From positions 17,234,341 to 17,298,340 of the forward strand of contig NC_057750.1 of NCBI RefSeq assembly GCF_004010195.1: a stretch of DNA of 64,000 bases, given 5' to 3'. Position 1 is the stretch's first letter; each line of letters opens with the position of its first letter. Of the stretch, positions 1 through 13,885 are shown one piece after another. The notes below the pieces were generated by a model. It saw only the letters and a list, made by a program, of their open reading frames with translations, was not told where the DNA came from and made no database searches. This DNA comes from Chiloscyllium plagiosum. Its lineage: Eukaryota. The position numbers and the translations under genes were made by a program.

Positions 1-88
1 CGGGATGTAGACGAGATGCATTGGAGGGCATCTTTAACCACGTGGGAAGGGAAATTGCGGTCTCGAAAGAAGGAGGCCATCTGGTGTG
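1..88 (-). mobile_element. Penelope-like element fragment (family A), cut by the window edge
   Basis: Similar to 4350-4430 of the Penelope-like copy at 3110-4967. Confidence 0.75.
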
Positions 89-409
89 ATCAAACTGGTT
101 CAGCATCAGAACCAGTTCTCATGAATACAGTGGGAATTTGGAGCAAGCAAATTGTGGTCTTCCCAATGTATACTTGGAGGAAATTTCTGCTCATCCAGAG
201 ATGCCATTGTAACCAATTCTCTGGCTATGATTAGATGGATAAGAATTGAGTGTGGCGAGTGCAGGACCCTCCATCAGAACGCCATGGAGAGGCATGCGAG
301 GAATGAACTGTGTCAAAACCTGCAGAAAGAATGAGGAGATGCATTCACCTTTGTCACAGTTACTTAGGATGTCAGTTGTGACTTTTATAAGCATCATTTC
401 AGAACTGAG

Positions 410-730
410 GGGGTGGAGTAGTGGTACTGTTACTAGATTGGTATCTCGAGCTCCAGGCTAGTGCTTGGGGACATGGCCTTGAATTCCATTAGAGCAGATG
501 GTCACATTTGAACTCAGTGTAAAAAAATCTGAAATGAAATGTTGGCGTACTAGTGAGCATGTGACCATTGCTGATTGTCATAATGTCCTTTAAGAAGGGG
601 AAATCTGCTGTGCTTACTCAGTCTGGCTTATGTGGGACTCCAGACCCACAGCAAATGGGCTGACTCATAAATGCTGTCCAGACAAATAGGGATGGGCAAC
701 AAGTGTGTGTATGATTTCCTCAGCCCATAT
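410..730 (+). mobile_element. Degenerate tRNA-derived SINE with CR1-like tail
   Basis: Same family as 49575-49910 (GACTCCAGACCCACAGCAA...GGGATGGGCAA). Confidence 0.6.
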
Positions 731-882
731 GAGAAAGGATTCAAACAGCTCTGGATTTGGGTGGTAACAATGTGTTATTGGATTTAGGGGCAGAAAAGGA
801 GGTTGAGGTTTTGAATGAAAATTTGAATGTGCTTTTTTGGGTAGAGGGGTGAAAATGTCAGGACAAAGAGAGTGGGTTACAG

Positions 883-1034
883 TATAAGGAGAAAGTGAGG
901 ACTACAGATGCTGGAGATCAGAGTCGAGAGTGTGGTGCTGGAAAAGCACAGCAGGTCAGGCAGCATCCCAAGAGCAGGAGAATCGACGTTTGAAGGGCTT
1001 CTGCCCAAAATATCTGACCTGCTATGCTTTTCCA
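883..1034. mobile_element. Fold-back Penelope terminal element (family A) with 9-bp TSD
   Basis: CTGGAAAAGCACAGCAGGTCAG and CTGACCTGCTATGCTTTTCCAG form inverted arms. GGGTTACAG is duplicated at 874-882 and 1035-1043. Confidence 0.75.
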
Positions 1035-2399
1035 GGGTTACAGAATCAGTTAATGTGGGAGCCTGGAGCAGGAGTTGCATTGTCAGCAGTTTAATGGGAA
1101 TGGGATCGAGGGTTTAGGAGATGGATCTCATGCGTAAGTTGAGCTTAGACAGTGTGAGATCTGATCAGCCAAAAACATGGAAGATTTGAGTTCAGGGCTA
1201 AGGCTGGAACAACCTGTAGGGGAGGTTTGGTTCAGTGGACTGGTGGAAAGGAGGGTGCAGCAGAGGCAGCTGATTGGATGAATGATTTTGGGAGTTGTTT
1301 AAAAATTCATTCATGCAATGTAGGCATTGCTGACTGGGCCAGCATTTATTGCCCATCCTTAATTGCTCCTTGAGATGGTGGCAGTGACTGTCTTCGTTTG
1401 GGATAGTTTCCAGGACTTGGAAGGAAAAGCGATGTTTTCCCTAGTCAGAATGGTGAGTGATCTATAATCCTGATGGACACGATGAATTAGGGCAATGTGT
1501 AAGTACAGAGGTCAGAATGATTATAATAGGCCATGAAGTGTCTTTACTAAAACTAGTCAATAATCCAAAATGATCAATCAATTGCCAAGCTTGTTGTGAG
1601 TGGGAATGTCACTGAATTAGGAATCCAGAAGGAAGGCTATTTTCCAGGGGACTCTAATCCCAATACATCAATGGGTGAAGTTTAAATTTAATTAACAAAG
1701 CTGATCTCAATATGACTATTCAGTTGTCATTAAAACTCCATCTGGTTTGGGAATGCTATTTACATGTCAGTCCAGACTTTCAGTGATCGCCTTTTCAGTG
1801 TCCTCTTAAATGTCCAAACAAACCACTCACATGCATCAACGTACAGAAATGTAGAAAGAAAACTAGATGGCTATTGACCTAGGTCCCAGAAATGACATCA
1901 GTGCAGTCAGCCTTGTTGAACCTATAAATTCCCCCCTTATCTGGAGGCTTCTTGAGAGAGCCTTGTCCCACACACCATTCAGTCATGGGCAAAGAAACCT
2001 GTTGGTAGTGAAGGTGGAAGAGGCAGGGAAGAGGGTTATACAAAAGATTGTTTTGTGATGAAGAAGAAAAACCATGTGTTTTTTTTTACTTTCACTCTTG
2101 AATGGGATACGAGAATGCTGCCCGGGCCTGCAGCTGAGAATGTGATTGAAAATAAAAACAATGGGAGACACAGTGGAGGCGAACAGTTAAGTTCCTGACA
2201 AAAGGAAGCTTTCTTTTAAAAATCAAAAAAAGCACTTTTTCAGTATAATACAAGTAAAATGTAATCAAATTAAAGATTGTCAAATTGTCAGGATCAAAAT
2301 GTTTCCACTGTCAGATACCTAAATTAATTGGTGCAGAATCTGTCGAGATCAAGTCATGATTTTCGGAAGGTGTCTTGAATTGCCAATGACACTTCACTG

Positions 2400-3105
2400 T
2401 CTAAAAAGGGTGGGAGAGAAAGCTATGTAAACATAAACTTAGCTGAACTTCATCATGGGGAAGCTGCTAGAATCTTATCACTGGCACGTGGACAAGTATG
2501 GACCAGGCAGAGAGAATCAGCATTGATTCTTCACTTCAAATTATATTGGACTGATCTAGTTAAATTTTATGAACAAGTAAAGAATGGAAAATAACAGAAT
2601 GTTGCACCGTGATTTTGATGAGTGAGTGTGTGGGCAAAATTATAGTAATGGGAGCTCAGTGAGGAGAAATGTGAGGTTACTCACTCTGCATTTAAGAAAA
2701 TTAGATCAGAAAACTTGCCAAATAGTGGGAAGTTAGAGACTGGGGGAGGAACACAGTAATTTGGGCATCTGTTTACTGCAATCACTACACTTAGTGACAC
2801 AATCAGAAAATCAAAGGGAACGTTAAACTTTGTCTCAAAAGCTTTGGAAAGCAAAGGGCAAGAATATATGTTAAACATTTAGAAAACTCTTGTTAACCTC
2901 CACCCACTTCAGCAGGTACCAGGGACATTGCCTCACTCAAAATACATCAGTCTAGAAGGGTTATGGTGTAGATTCACAGAATTGTGAATAGCTAAGAGAG
3001 TGAAATGTGACAACGTGCTGAATAGACTAGCTGGTATTCTCTTGAGTGGAGGGGATTAAGGGGTGATTTAATTGAGGCATTTAGAATCATTAAAGGGTTT
3101 GGTAA
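2400..3105 (+). mobile_element. Old, degraded CR1 LINE fragment interrupted by the Penelope-like element
   Basis: Residual CR1 ORF2 3' motifs (TTAAGGGGTGATTTAATTGAGG...), apparently resuming near 4970-5200. Confidence 0.5.
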
Positions 3106-3109
3106 AATT

Positions 3110-4967
3110 AGGAGAAAGTAAGGGATGTAGATGCTGGAGATCAGAGTCAAAAGGTGTGGCACTGGAAAAACGCAGCAGGTCAGACAGCTTCCGAGGAGCA
3201 GGAGAATTAATGTTTCGAGCGCAAGCCCTTCATCAGGAAGCAGGGTGGGGGTGGGGGAGTGCTGAGAGATAAATGTGAGGGGGATAGGGCTTGGGGGAAG
3301 GTAGCTAGGAATGTAATAGGTGGATGAAGGTGCGGGATGAGGGTGATAGGTTGGAATGGAGGGTGGAGCGGATAGGTGGAAAGGAAGATGGACAGGTAGG
3401 ACAGTTCAAGAGGGCGATGCCATGTTGGAGGGTTGGATCTGGGATAAGGTGGGGGGAGGGGAGACAAGGAAACTGGAGAAATCAATGTTGATACCGTGTG
3501 GTTGGAGGGTCCCAAGGCAGAAGATGAGGTGTTCTTCCAACAGGTGCCGGGTGGCTTGGATTTGGAAGTGGAGGAGGTGCAGAACTTGCATGTCCTTGAC
3601 GGAGTGGGAGGGAAAGTTGAAGTGATCGGTCACAGGGTGGTGGGGTTGTTTACTGCATGTGTCCCAGAGATGTTCTCTGAACCATTCCACAAGTTGGCGT
3701 CCTGTCTCCCCAATGTAGAGGAGACCACATTGAGAGCCACGGACACAGTAGATGAGGTGTTCAGAGGTGTAGGAAAATCTCTGCTGGATGTGGAAGGATC
3801 CTTTGGGGCCTTGCAAGGAGGTGAGGGAGGAGGTGTGGGCACAGGTTTTACAAGCCATGTGGCTCCTGTCTCCCCAATGTAGAGGAGACCATATTGAGAG
3901 CAACGGACACAGTAGATGAGGTGTTCAGAGGTGTAGGAAAATCTCTGCTGGGTGTGGAAGGATCCTTTGGGGCCTTGCAAGGAGGTGAGGGAGGAGGTGT
4001 GGGCACAGGTTTTACAAGCCATGTGGCGGCAGGGGAGGATGCCAGGAGTGGAGGGTGGGTTGGTGGGGTGCGTGGACCTAATGAGGGAGTAACGGAGGGA
4101 ATGGTCTCTGCGAAATGCTGATAGGGGTGGGGAGGGAAATATATCTCTGATGGTGGTGTCTGATTGTAGGTGGCAGAAATGGTGGAGGATAAAGCGCTGT
4201 TCTCAGAGATTAGTGGGGTGAGAGGCGTGTACTGTGATAGAGGATGATGCGATTGTATACGGCGGTTGGTGGGGTAGAAGGTGAGGACCAGGGGGTTCTG
4301 TCCTTGTTGCAGTTGGAGGGGTGGGGTTCAAGAGCGGAGGTGCAGGAAGTGGAGGAGATGCGCTGGAGAGCATTATTGACCATGTGGGAGGGGAAATTGT
4401 GGTCCTTGAAGTAGGAGGCCATCTGGGATGTCCTGGAGTGGAATTGGTTCTCCTGGGAGCAGGTACGGCTGAGGCGGAGGAATTGGGATGAAGAGAGAGC
4501 ATTTTTACAGGCGGGGAGTGGGAGGAGGTGTAGTCCAGCTGGATTTGGGAGTCGGTGGATTTGAAATAGATGTCCGTGTTGAGTTGGTGAAATAGAGATG
4601 GAGAGGTTCAGGAAGGGGAGGGAGGTGTCTGAGATGGTGCAGGTGAACTTGAGGTCAGTGTGGAAGGTGTTCGCGAAGTTGATGAGCTATTCAACCTCCT
4701 TTTGGGAGCACGAGGCGGCACCGATATAGTCATCGATGTAGCGGAGGAAAAGGTGGGGAGTGGTGCCGGTGTAACTGCGGAAGATGGACTGTTCCACGTA
4801 TCCCATGTGGGTGCCCATGGCTACCCCTTTGTTCTGAAGGAAGTGGGAGGATTCGAAAGAGAAATTGTTGAGGGTGAGGACATGTTCAGCCAATTGACTG
4901 AGTATGTTGGTGGAAGGATACTGTTTGGGTTGGTGGGAAAGGAAGAAACGGAGGGCTTAGAGGCCTA
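3110..4967 (-). mobile_element. Penelope-like retroelement (family A), 5'-truncated and frameshifted: RT, GIY-YIG endonuclease and hammerhead-bearing terminus
   Basis: ORF 4687-4893 contains GVAMGT...FLRYIDD (PLE reverse transcriptase). ORF 3406-3903 contains LIYCVRGSQCGLLYIGETGR...GTLQPHGIN (GIY-YIG). A CTGATGA/GAAA core lies at 3205-3238 on the minus strand. Confidence 0.92.
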
Positions 4968-6129
4968 GCCTGTTCAACGTGGTTAAGAAATGCTGTTTCA
5001 CAGAAAGGGCTAGATCTCTCTCTTTCTCTTCTCTTCATCCTCCCTCATCCATAAAAAGCTGTGTGTCCTGATGGAGAAGATCAATTGAAAATGTCAATGG
5101 AATGGATTTGAGTTTTATAAGGGTATTTGGTGATATTTAGCTAAGCCATGTATATGGACTTAAGGACCACATTAAGCACAGAGTTATTATGGCAGAGAAA
5201 GCAGCAGTTGAGCTCATTGAGTCCACGCAAACCTATTTCTCTTTGAGATTATTCATCTCCACATCCTCCACCCTCGCCGATGCTTGATCTAATTGGCTTG
5301 AGGAGCCAAATGGCCCTGTTATTGATGATGTCACACACATTCTGGTAATTAGGGGATTGATGGAGTGGAGATTGCAGGGACAGGAAATATCGAATTTCCT
5401 TTATCGGTTTGAACACTGATGTTGCATGGAAGCAGCACAGAGTTACATTTTTCCAATTGTGGAGCTCAGGCAGCAGTTGTATCTCCAAGAATCCTAGGGC
5501 TACAATATTTACCTTGCACTAGTCTGAATTTTAGCACATTCGTTCCCCTTACTAGATTTTAATTGCATGTTCTTAAATCAAATTAGATGGGTCCTTAATC
5601 AATACAGTGCTGCACCACAAAAAGTTTAATTGAAAGCACTGCACCAGGAGCTGGCTCCAGTCCCCTTGCAGAGGGCAGTGGACCAGCCTGTTTCCATCCT
5701 GCAGCTGGTACTGACTGAGAGATAGCACAGTAGACGAGGGGAGTGTGACCTGTTTCTGCTATGCCCAGGCCTGAGACACCTACATTTATTGATTAATTCC
5801 AACCTTAGACTGCCCAATTCTTTTTTGTGGTTATTATGGGTCCATTAGCTGTTTGGATACTTCTTTGGATGGGATAGTTCAGGCATTTGGTTTGGGGAAG
5901 AAATTTGAATTTCTGTAGCTACCTTCATGTCAGCAGATACATCAGGGCTCAATAACTGGGACTTGGGGCTCTCAAGGGTCCACTGTGTGTAGAATGGGAT
6001 GCAGTGCTTGGGTCAGGACCAAGGTCTAACAGGGTCTAGGCCATGGGTCCTGGGCCAGGGATCCAGGCCAGCAGCACATTGGGTCTTGTGACTTCTATCT
6101 CTGTCCCTGTTTTCACTACCTCAGAACAT

Positions 6130-6420
6130 TATGAAGCATGTTACACCCAGTTTAGTATAATTGAAATGTTGTCACTGCCATAATGTGGGAAATGCAGCTG
6201 CCAATCTGTGCAGAGGAAGCTCCCACAACCAGCAATGTAATTACAACCATGGACCGCAGTGATTCAAGATGGCAGCTCGCCACACCTTTCCCAGAGCAAT
6301 AGGTGCTGGTCCAGCCTGTGACACCCACCTCTCATGAACAAATTTTAAGATAATAACCTATTCTAACAATGTTGGTCAGGTAATGAATATTAGCCAGAAC
6401 AGTAAGAGCAACTGTCTTCC
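6130..6420 (-). mobile_element. Degenerate Deu-domain SINE (SacSINE/AmnSINE-like)
   Basis: GGAAATGCAGCTGCCAATCTGTGCAGAGGAAGCTCCCACAA resembles the Deu domain as I recall it. Similar copies lie near 25190-25480, 28230-28560, 28740-28970, 30160-30320, 36620-37000, 40440-40640 and 50590-50890. Confidence 0.55.
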
Positions 6421-6529
6421 CTCCTCCTACTGATGTCATGGGATTTTTATAAGAGGAAAGAAGGGGCCTCCAATTCACAACTAATCTAAAAGTGGCAATG
6501 CTGAGTGTGTATCAGTCCATCAGAACAGC

Positions 6530-8470
6530 ACTATAGAGACAGCCTAAATGCACAAGGCAAATGTAAGTGGCACCTACATTTGGGAGGATTGGGAGAACTT
6601 TAAATGTCAGCAAAGGGTTACTGAAAACAAAATCAAAAGAGCAAAAATGAACTATGAAAGGAAACTCGCAGAAAACACAACCACTTGCACCAATGTCGAC
6701 TTTAAATGTATGAAAAGGAAGCAAATGTTGGCCCTTTAGAAGACAAAAATGGTGAGGCAGTAATGGGAATCTCAGAAATGGCAGAAGCGCTACACCAATA
6801 TTTTCTCTGTTTTCTCAGTGGGAGTTAATAACCTTCTTCCCAAAATATTACACCTACTACAGAGGAACTTGGTGAAATTACAATCACCAGGGAGAAAGTA
6901 TTAAGTAAATTGATGAGCCTTAACGACACATAAGTCCCTGGGACCTGATGGCCTGCATCTAGGGAGGTGGCAGCTGAGATAAAGGTTGCATTAGTTAAGA
7001 TATTCCAAAATTCCCTGAATTCTGAAAAGGTACGAGTGGATTTTATACATGCTAATGTGACACCCTTATTCAAAAAAGGAGATAGGCAAAAAATGTGAAA
7101 CTATAGACCAGTTAGTTTGATCTCTGTCGTGGGGAAGTTATTGGAGTTAATGGAGGAGATAAATGTATACTGGAAAAACACAGCCTGATTGACCGGTGTC
7201 AGCATGGTTTCATAAAGGGCAAGTGTTCCTGACAAGCTTCCTGGAGTTCTTTGAGGATGCAACCAGTAAGGTGGATAATGGGGACTAGTGGATGTGGTAT
7301 ATTTAGACTTTCAGAAGGCATTTGACAAGGTGCCACATAAAGACTGATCCAGAAGGTTATATCTCAAGCGGTTAAGTGTAGAGTTTTGGCTTGGATAGAG
7401 AATCGGCTGACTGACGGAAAGCAGAGAGTCAGGATAAATGGGTCCTCATTTGAATGGCAAACTGTAACTAGTGGGGTGACACAGGGTTCAGGCCTTGGAT
7501 ATCAACTGTTTCCAATCTATACAAATGAACTGCAAGCAAGGACAAATTGTAACAAAGCAAAATGTGCAGATGGTACTAAAATAAGTGGGAAAGTAGGCCA
7601 CGATGTGGAGATAAAGAGTTTACAGTTGGATATTGATAGGCCAGGAGAATGGGACTGAATCTGGCAGGTGAAGTTTAATGTGGATAAGTGTGACGTTACC
7701 CATGTTGGCCGGAAAACTAAAATGGCAAATTATTATTTAAATGGGAAGCAAATTCAAAATGCGTCAGTGCAGAGCGATCTTTATGCATGAAGTGAAGAAT
7801 GTGGGCATGCAGGTGCAGCATATAATGAGAAAGGCAAATGAAAATCTGGCATTTATTGCAAAAGGACTGGATTGTAGAAGTAAAGAAGTGTCCTTACAAT
7901 TGTTTGGAGCATTGGTGAGACGATACCTGCATATTGTATCCAGTTTTGGTCTCTTTGCTTGAGGAAGGATGTGGTGGCACTGGGTGCAGTTTAGAGGAGG
8001 GTCACCAGATTGATTTCTAGGGATGAAAGAGCTGTAGTATGAAGAGCGATTGAACATTTTGGGTTTGAACACAATGGAGAATGAGGGGAAATCCAATTCA
8101 GGTATATAAGATGCTAAAGGGGATTGATAAGTTGGACATTGAACAGGTATTTCCCCTTGTGGGACAATCTCGAACGAGAGGTCGTAGATATAGAGTGAGA
8201 GGAGGTCGGTTCAAGCCTGAGATGAGGAGGAACTACTCCCAGAGGGTTGTGAATCTGTGGAACTCACTGCCCCAAAGCGCAGTGATGCAGAATCAACCAA
8301 CAGATTCAAGAAAGAAATAGATATATTTCTGATGAAAAGCTGGATAAAGGGCTATGGGGAAAACAGGCAGGACAGTGGAGTTGAGGCCATGAGAAGATCA
8401 GCCATGATCATGTTAAATGGTGGACTGGGAGAAAGGGCTGAATTGCCTACTCCCACTCCTAATTCCTATG
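6530..8470 (+). mobile_element. CR1 LINE, decayed ORF2 (RT) and 3' end
   Basis: DFQKAFDKVPH coding near 7305-7340, TSGVTQGS, CADGTK and QRVVNLWNSLP motifs, with many stops and frameshifts. Confidence 0.92.
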
Positions 8471-9297
8471 AATTAGGACTGCGGAGTGGGACTTGAACCC
8501 AGAACATTCCAGCTGAGAGTTGAGAGTGTTACCCGCAGAATCTTAGGAAAATAGGAGCAGGATTAGGCCACCTGGCTGTTTGAACCCAAACCACTACTTA
8601 ATAAGATCAGAGCTGATCTGATTTTGGTCACAATTCCACTTTACTGTCTGTCCATCCATAAAAAATAATTCTTGTATATCTTGCCTATTAAAATCTTCCA
8701 GCTCAATTATCAATAAATTCAATAACTCAGCCTGCACTGCTTTGAGTATAGCATTCCACAGACTAACAACCATAATTGTAAAAGCATCATGAAAACAACT
8801 GTCAGAAAACACATCAATTCATGAAGCCGTGCCAAGTAAATGAGGGAGGCCTGACAGAATTAAAGGGCCCTCAGGCATCTAAGTGATCACCATCAAGCCT
8901 CCCCTGTTATTGAGGTCCTCAGTAGTGTACGTCCTGCCTTCTGAGAGCTGTTGGCCAATCATAAACCAGCAGTTACTAGTCACCACTAATATCAATATGA
9001 GCACTGGTGGCTGGTGGAACTGCATGCAGCGGTTGAGACGGACCCTGCAATGTGGATAAAGTCAGAAGGGTAGAAGTTTAAGTTCCATGTAAACATGAGC
9101 CCATAATCTAAGCTAATATTGCAGTATTATACTAGGGGAGTGTTGATCTGCTCCTTTATTGTCTGGAAAGTTCAGTCAAGGTGCTGATTGATTGAGGCTT
9201 GTTATACATGGATGCCAACTAGAATGGATTGAATCAAACATATTATAGTGGCTCCTATCTTCACTGATGATGGTAGCCATTTATTTCAGGTCCCAAG

Positions 9298-9485
9298 AAT
9301 CATACAGCATGGAAACGGACCTTTTGGTCCAACCCGCCCATGCCAACCAGGTTTCTCGAATTAAGATAGCCCCACTTCCCTGTGCTTGGTCCATATCCCT
9401 CTAAACCTTTCCTCTTCATGTACCTGTCCAAATGTCTTTTAAATATTGTACCAGTACCTGCGTCTACCACTCCCTCTGGCAGTCT
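9298..9485 (-). mobile_element. HER1/CR1 3'-end fragment
   Basis: LPEGVVDAGT..FKRHLDRYM..GLEGYG, the CR1 C-terminus. Confidence 0.85.
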
Positions 9486-9524
9486 CAACGGAGCTAACTT
9501 TCAGTAATGTCTGGAGGCCTTTTC

Positions 9525-10080
9525 ATTTGGCTGTTTCCAGAATCAAGAAAGGTTGAGGGAGCTAGGTCTTTTCTGATTGGAGTGAAGAATGATGAGAGGT
9601 GACTTGATAGAGGTATACAGGATGATGAGACAACCACCTGAGCAGCGCTCCGAAAGCTAGTGCTTCCAAATAAACCTTGGACTATAACCTGGTGCTGTGT
9701 AACTTTTAACTTTGTCCACCCCAGTCCAACACCAGCACCTCCAAGTCAAGGTGATGACAGGTGTAGATAGAGTGCATAGCCAGAGACTTTTTCCCAAAGC
9801 GAAAATATCAATCATGAGGGGGCATAATTTTAAGGTGATCGGAGGAAGGTTTAGGGGAGATAACAGGTAGGTTTTTACACAGAGAGTGGGGGGTGTGTGC
9901 CAGCAGTGGTAGTAGAGTCAGATACATTAGGGGCATGTAAGTGACTCTTGGATAGGCTCATGGAAGATAGTACAATGAAGGGTATGTAGGTTAGTATGAT
10001 CTTAGAATAAGATAAAAGACTGGCACAATATTGAGGGCTGAAGGGCCTGTACTGTGCTGTACTGTTCTATGTTCTATGAT
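9525..10080 (+). mobile_element. CR1 3' fragment with a nested Penelope-type terminal fragment at about 9631-9748
   Basis: CR1 tail (GTTCTAT repeats). The insert CAACCACCTGAGCAGCGCTCCGAAAGC...TTGGACTATAACCTGG has a related tandem piece at 26395-26472. Confidence 0.75.
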
Positions 10081-12409
10081 GTCAGAAAACTGGTGTGAGT
10101 TCATACACACATATGGTGCAGTGGCCAAATTAACTAAAGCCCCCCCACCCACCATCACCGTCCTCCACCCCCAACTGAATAGAAGATTGATTTCTTTTAA
10201 AATGACAATATTATTGTGGTCAATAAAAACCTCCAAGCAATAAAGAGTATTTGGTGTTTTATTGACCTGCTCCTTAACACAAGGGGTGTTTGCATCTACT
10301 TTACCAATTATCTTCTAGGCTCCAGTTTTAACTTACTCAGAATTCACTTACATAATCACAGCCCTAATGGGAAGTCTGTACTGGAGGTCAAGCCAATTCT
10401 TCTACAAGTTGTGAAATATGACTAGCTTAATCTCTCAGGTGGTTAATGCCTGACTGTGACCCCAATCTAAAAGAAGCACACACTAGGTTTCATCAACGAA
10501 CAGGAAAACCAAAACATATTTATTTTAACAAATGTCCTAAATCACAGGATAAATGGATTATTAACAACTGACATGCAAATTTAGACTGTACCCCCCTTAA
10601 ACCCAATCAATACAAGGTTCATTTTTAAACAGGATAGACAGGCAGATGAGACAAACTGTTTTGCTAGAATATATGTGTTGAAAATAGAGACAAAAAGGAA
10701 CAAATTCTGTGGACCAAGAGACTAGACCATATGGATAAGTGAGGTCACTCTCTACCAGGTTTTATTTTTGGGTGATGATTTCATCTATGTTGTTGCTGAC
10801 TGTGGCAATCCTCAGGTTGGCAGCTGATCTGTTGGACCTAGGGTCTTGGCTTTGGTTAGAAATTTTTATTATTGCAAGTTCTTTGAGAGTCATTCCTTTT
10901 CCATTTAGAGGGAGGGAGATCTGGTTTGTTCTCAGGCTTTTGGAAGGATGAGTGCAACTTGTTCATTTTTCTCAGTTTTGTGTCAAAACTGGGACAGTTC
11001 ATTTATTTACAATACATAGGTATCAAGTGCCAGCTAGTCTTATGAAAGTATAAAATCTGGTTTCAGCAAAAATGACATGCACTTGTGTATCCATAAGTGA
11101 CTGCACAATTCTGCTTTTCCTTTGATTTGTGAAATAAAAACAACTGGTTCTTTCTCTGCAATACAGCAACTCTGACTTCCATTTTCCAAGAATGGACAAT
11201 AGTAGTTGTAACATACATAGGATTTCAAAAAAGCCTTGAGTAATTACCACTTCATAAACTCATTAGTAAAGTCAGAACATGTGGATCAGGTGACCACTGG
11301 CAGGGAATGGAGATTAAGAGTTCAAGGTAGCTACTCAGATTAGGAAGTGGAATTCTATAAGAACCTGTGCTGAAATAGTAGATATTTTACATGAAGGACT
11401 TAGAATTGGGAATCAGAAATAGAATTTCAAAATTTGAGGATGACAACAATTAGGTTTGAGCATGGTTCTAATACCCACTTAGAACTGCGTTGAGACAGAT
11501 TCAATTCAATTTAAGGAGGGGATTTGCATCAGGTGGTCAGGCTGCATTGCAAACTATAGGCATTGAAGGACAGACAACACTCTGTTAACCCTGAGTGCTC
11601 ATATTTGACAAACCATGCAATGAATTTATATTTTATGGGATGTTATTGTGACAACAAATATTCCTGAATGTTATATCTCCCTTCCTGTAGGAATTAAGGA
11701 AGATAAGGCCTCATAAGGCATTTTTAAAAAAACTCAGAAGATGTTTTCATAAAGGATTTGTTGCCATCTCTCATGGTGAAGAAATTTGGTATGTGCTTGG
11801 TGCCCTTCATACTTCATCATTCATGTCCATGCACTACATGCTTAATGTTGGTGTGTTGCACAATGATAGGGGCTGTCACGGCAGTGCTGGATCCCACCTT
11901 ATCACCTGTCATACATGTACATTTCCTGCAGAGGATAGTAACCAACTGTTCCCTCCATCCCCCTAGATAATTGTATTGTTTAATGAAACAGAGGAAATCA
12001 TATTTTTCATTGACAGGAGTCCTGACAGGAGTTTACTTGCAGAACAATTGAACTTGGGAAACCCTCCCAATTCTGTGGGAAGGCCATAGGAGCAGATGTC
12101 AACACCCCTTCATGACACCGTGGTCACCAATCAGAGTTCAGTAGCTAATTGTCACTGTTGGTATCATGGCAGTCAGCAGAGGCCCAGGAACATTGTGTGA
12201 ACCCAGACTGAGTCTAAGTGAGAACATGATAGGGATTGTGGGAGAAGGGTAATTATGGACATGTTGAAGACAAGGATTGACCTTCAGCAGCTCCCCCACC
12301 TCCTCTTCTCAATTTCAAGTCTCCTGATTGGACACAAAGTGCCTGATAATGAGGGATCCCTACACCTCTACCTTCTGCAGAGATTAAATCCTTGCCTTTA
12401 ATTGGTCAG

Positions 12410-13015
12410 GGAATTAAGTGCAAGAGTCAGGATGTCATATTGCAGCTTTATAAGAATTTGGTTAGGCCACACTTAGAGTATTGTATTCAATTCTGGTTGC
12501 CAGATCACAGGGAGGATGTGGAACCTTTGGACAGGCTGCAGGAGACATTTACTAGGATGCATTAGAGGGTATGAGCTATAAGGAAAGGCTAGAAAAACTC
12601 AGGTTGTTTTCTCTGGAATAGCGGAGACTGAGGCGAGACTTGATAGAAGACTATAATATTATGAGATGCATAGATAGGGTTGACGATCAGAATCTTTTTC
12701 CCAGGGTTGAAATGTCTAATACTTGGGGGCATGCATTAAAGGTGAAAGGGGGCAAGTTCAAAGGAGATGTGAGGGGCAAGGCTTTTACACAGGGAGTGAT
12801 AGGATTCTGGAAAACACTGTCGGGGTGCTGGTGGAGGCAGATATGACAGGGGCATTTAAGGGACTTTTAGATAAGCACATGAATATGAAAGGAATGGAGG
12901 AATATTGACCAAGGGCAGGCAGAAGGGATTAGTTTAATTTAGCATCATGTTCAGCACAATATGGTGGGCCAAAGGGCCTGTTCCTGGTGATACTGTTTTA
13001 TGTTCTATGTTCTAT
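12410..13015 (+). mobile_element. CR1 3' fragment
   Basis: VRPHLEY..FW, GGKFKGDVRGK and the GTTCTAT tail. Confidence 0.88.
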
Positions 13016-13134
13016 TCCAGAGGCATAATTACATTGCAGTGGCCTCAGGGATAATGGATGTCTATTGACCCATTAATGAGCTAACTGATATCTTGGCACT
13101 GGCAGCTGAATCTGGAGGTTCTCAAGAATAAAAA

Positions 13135-13885
13135 TAACAATACAACACAGGGACAGGCCATTTGGCCCACCAAGGCAGCTCTGGCACATGATACCTTTCT
13201 AAATTAAAAACCTTTTGCCTCTACGCCATCCATATCTCTCAATTCCCTGCTTAATCATGCATCTGTCAAAATGCCTGTTAAACATTGCTGTTATATTTGC
13301 CTCCATCACCACCTCTGGCATCACATTCCAGGCATTTACCATTTCTCTGTTTAAAAACTTGCTTATCACATCTCCCTTAAACTTTCCCCATTTTGACTTA
13401 AACCTACATCCGCAGTGATATTTGTACTTTAGAGAAAAGACTCCAACTATCCATTCTATCCCTGCCTCTCATAGTTTTGTAAATCTCTATCAGGCTGTTC
13501 CTCATCCTTCAATTTTCAAGTGAAAACAAACCAAGTTTGTCCACTCTTTCTTCGTAGCTATTACCCTCCAAACCAGGCAACATCCTGGTAAACCATTTCT
13601 ATCCCCTTTCCAAAGCCTCCACATCTTTCTGGTAGCTTAGTGACCAGAACTATCCACGATATTCTGAATGTGGCCTAACTAAAGTCCTATACAGCTGCAA
13701 TATGACTTGCTAATTTAATGCTCTATGCCCCGGCCTAGGAAAGCAAGCATCCCATATGCCATCTTGACCGCCTTATCCACTTGTGTTGCCATTTTCAGGG
13801 AACTGTGGACCTGTACACCTAGATCCCTCTGTATGTTGATACTTCTAAGCGTTCTGCCATTTTCTGTGTACTTCACTTCTGCAAA
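13135..13885 (-). mobile_element. CR1 3' fragment
   Basis: QRDLGVQVHSSLKMATQVDKAVKMAYGMLAF on the minus strand. Confidence 0.88.

Noticed and set aside
10409..11213. Possible older solo LTR (TGT...ACA)
   Set aside because: No matching TSD and uncertain boundaries.
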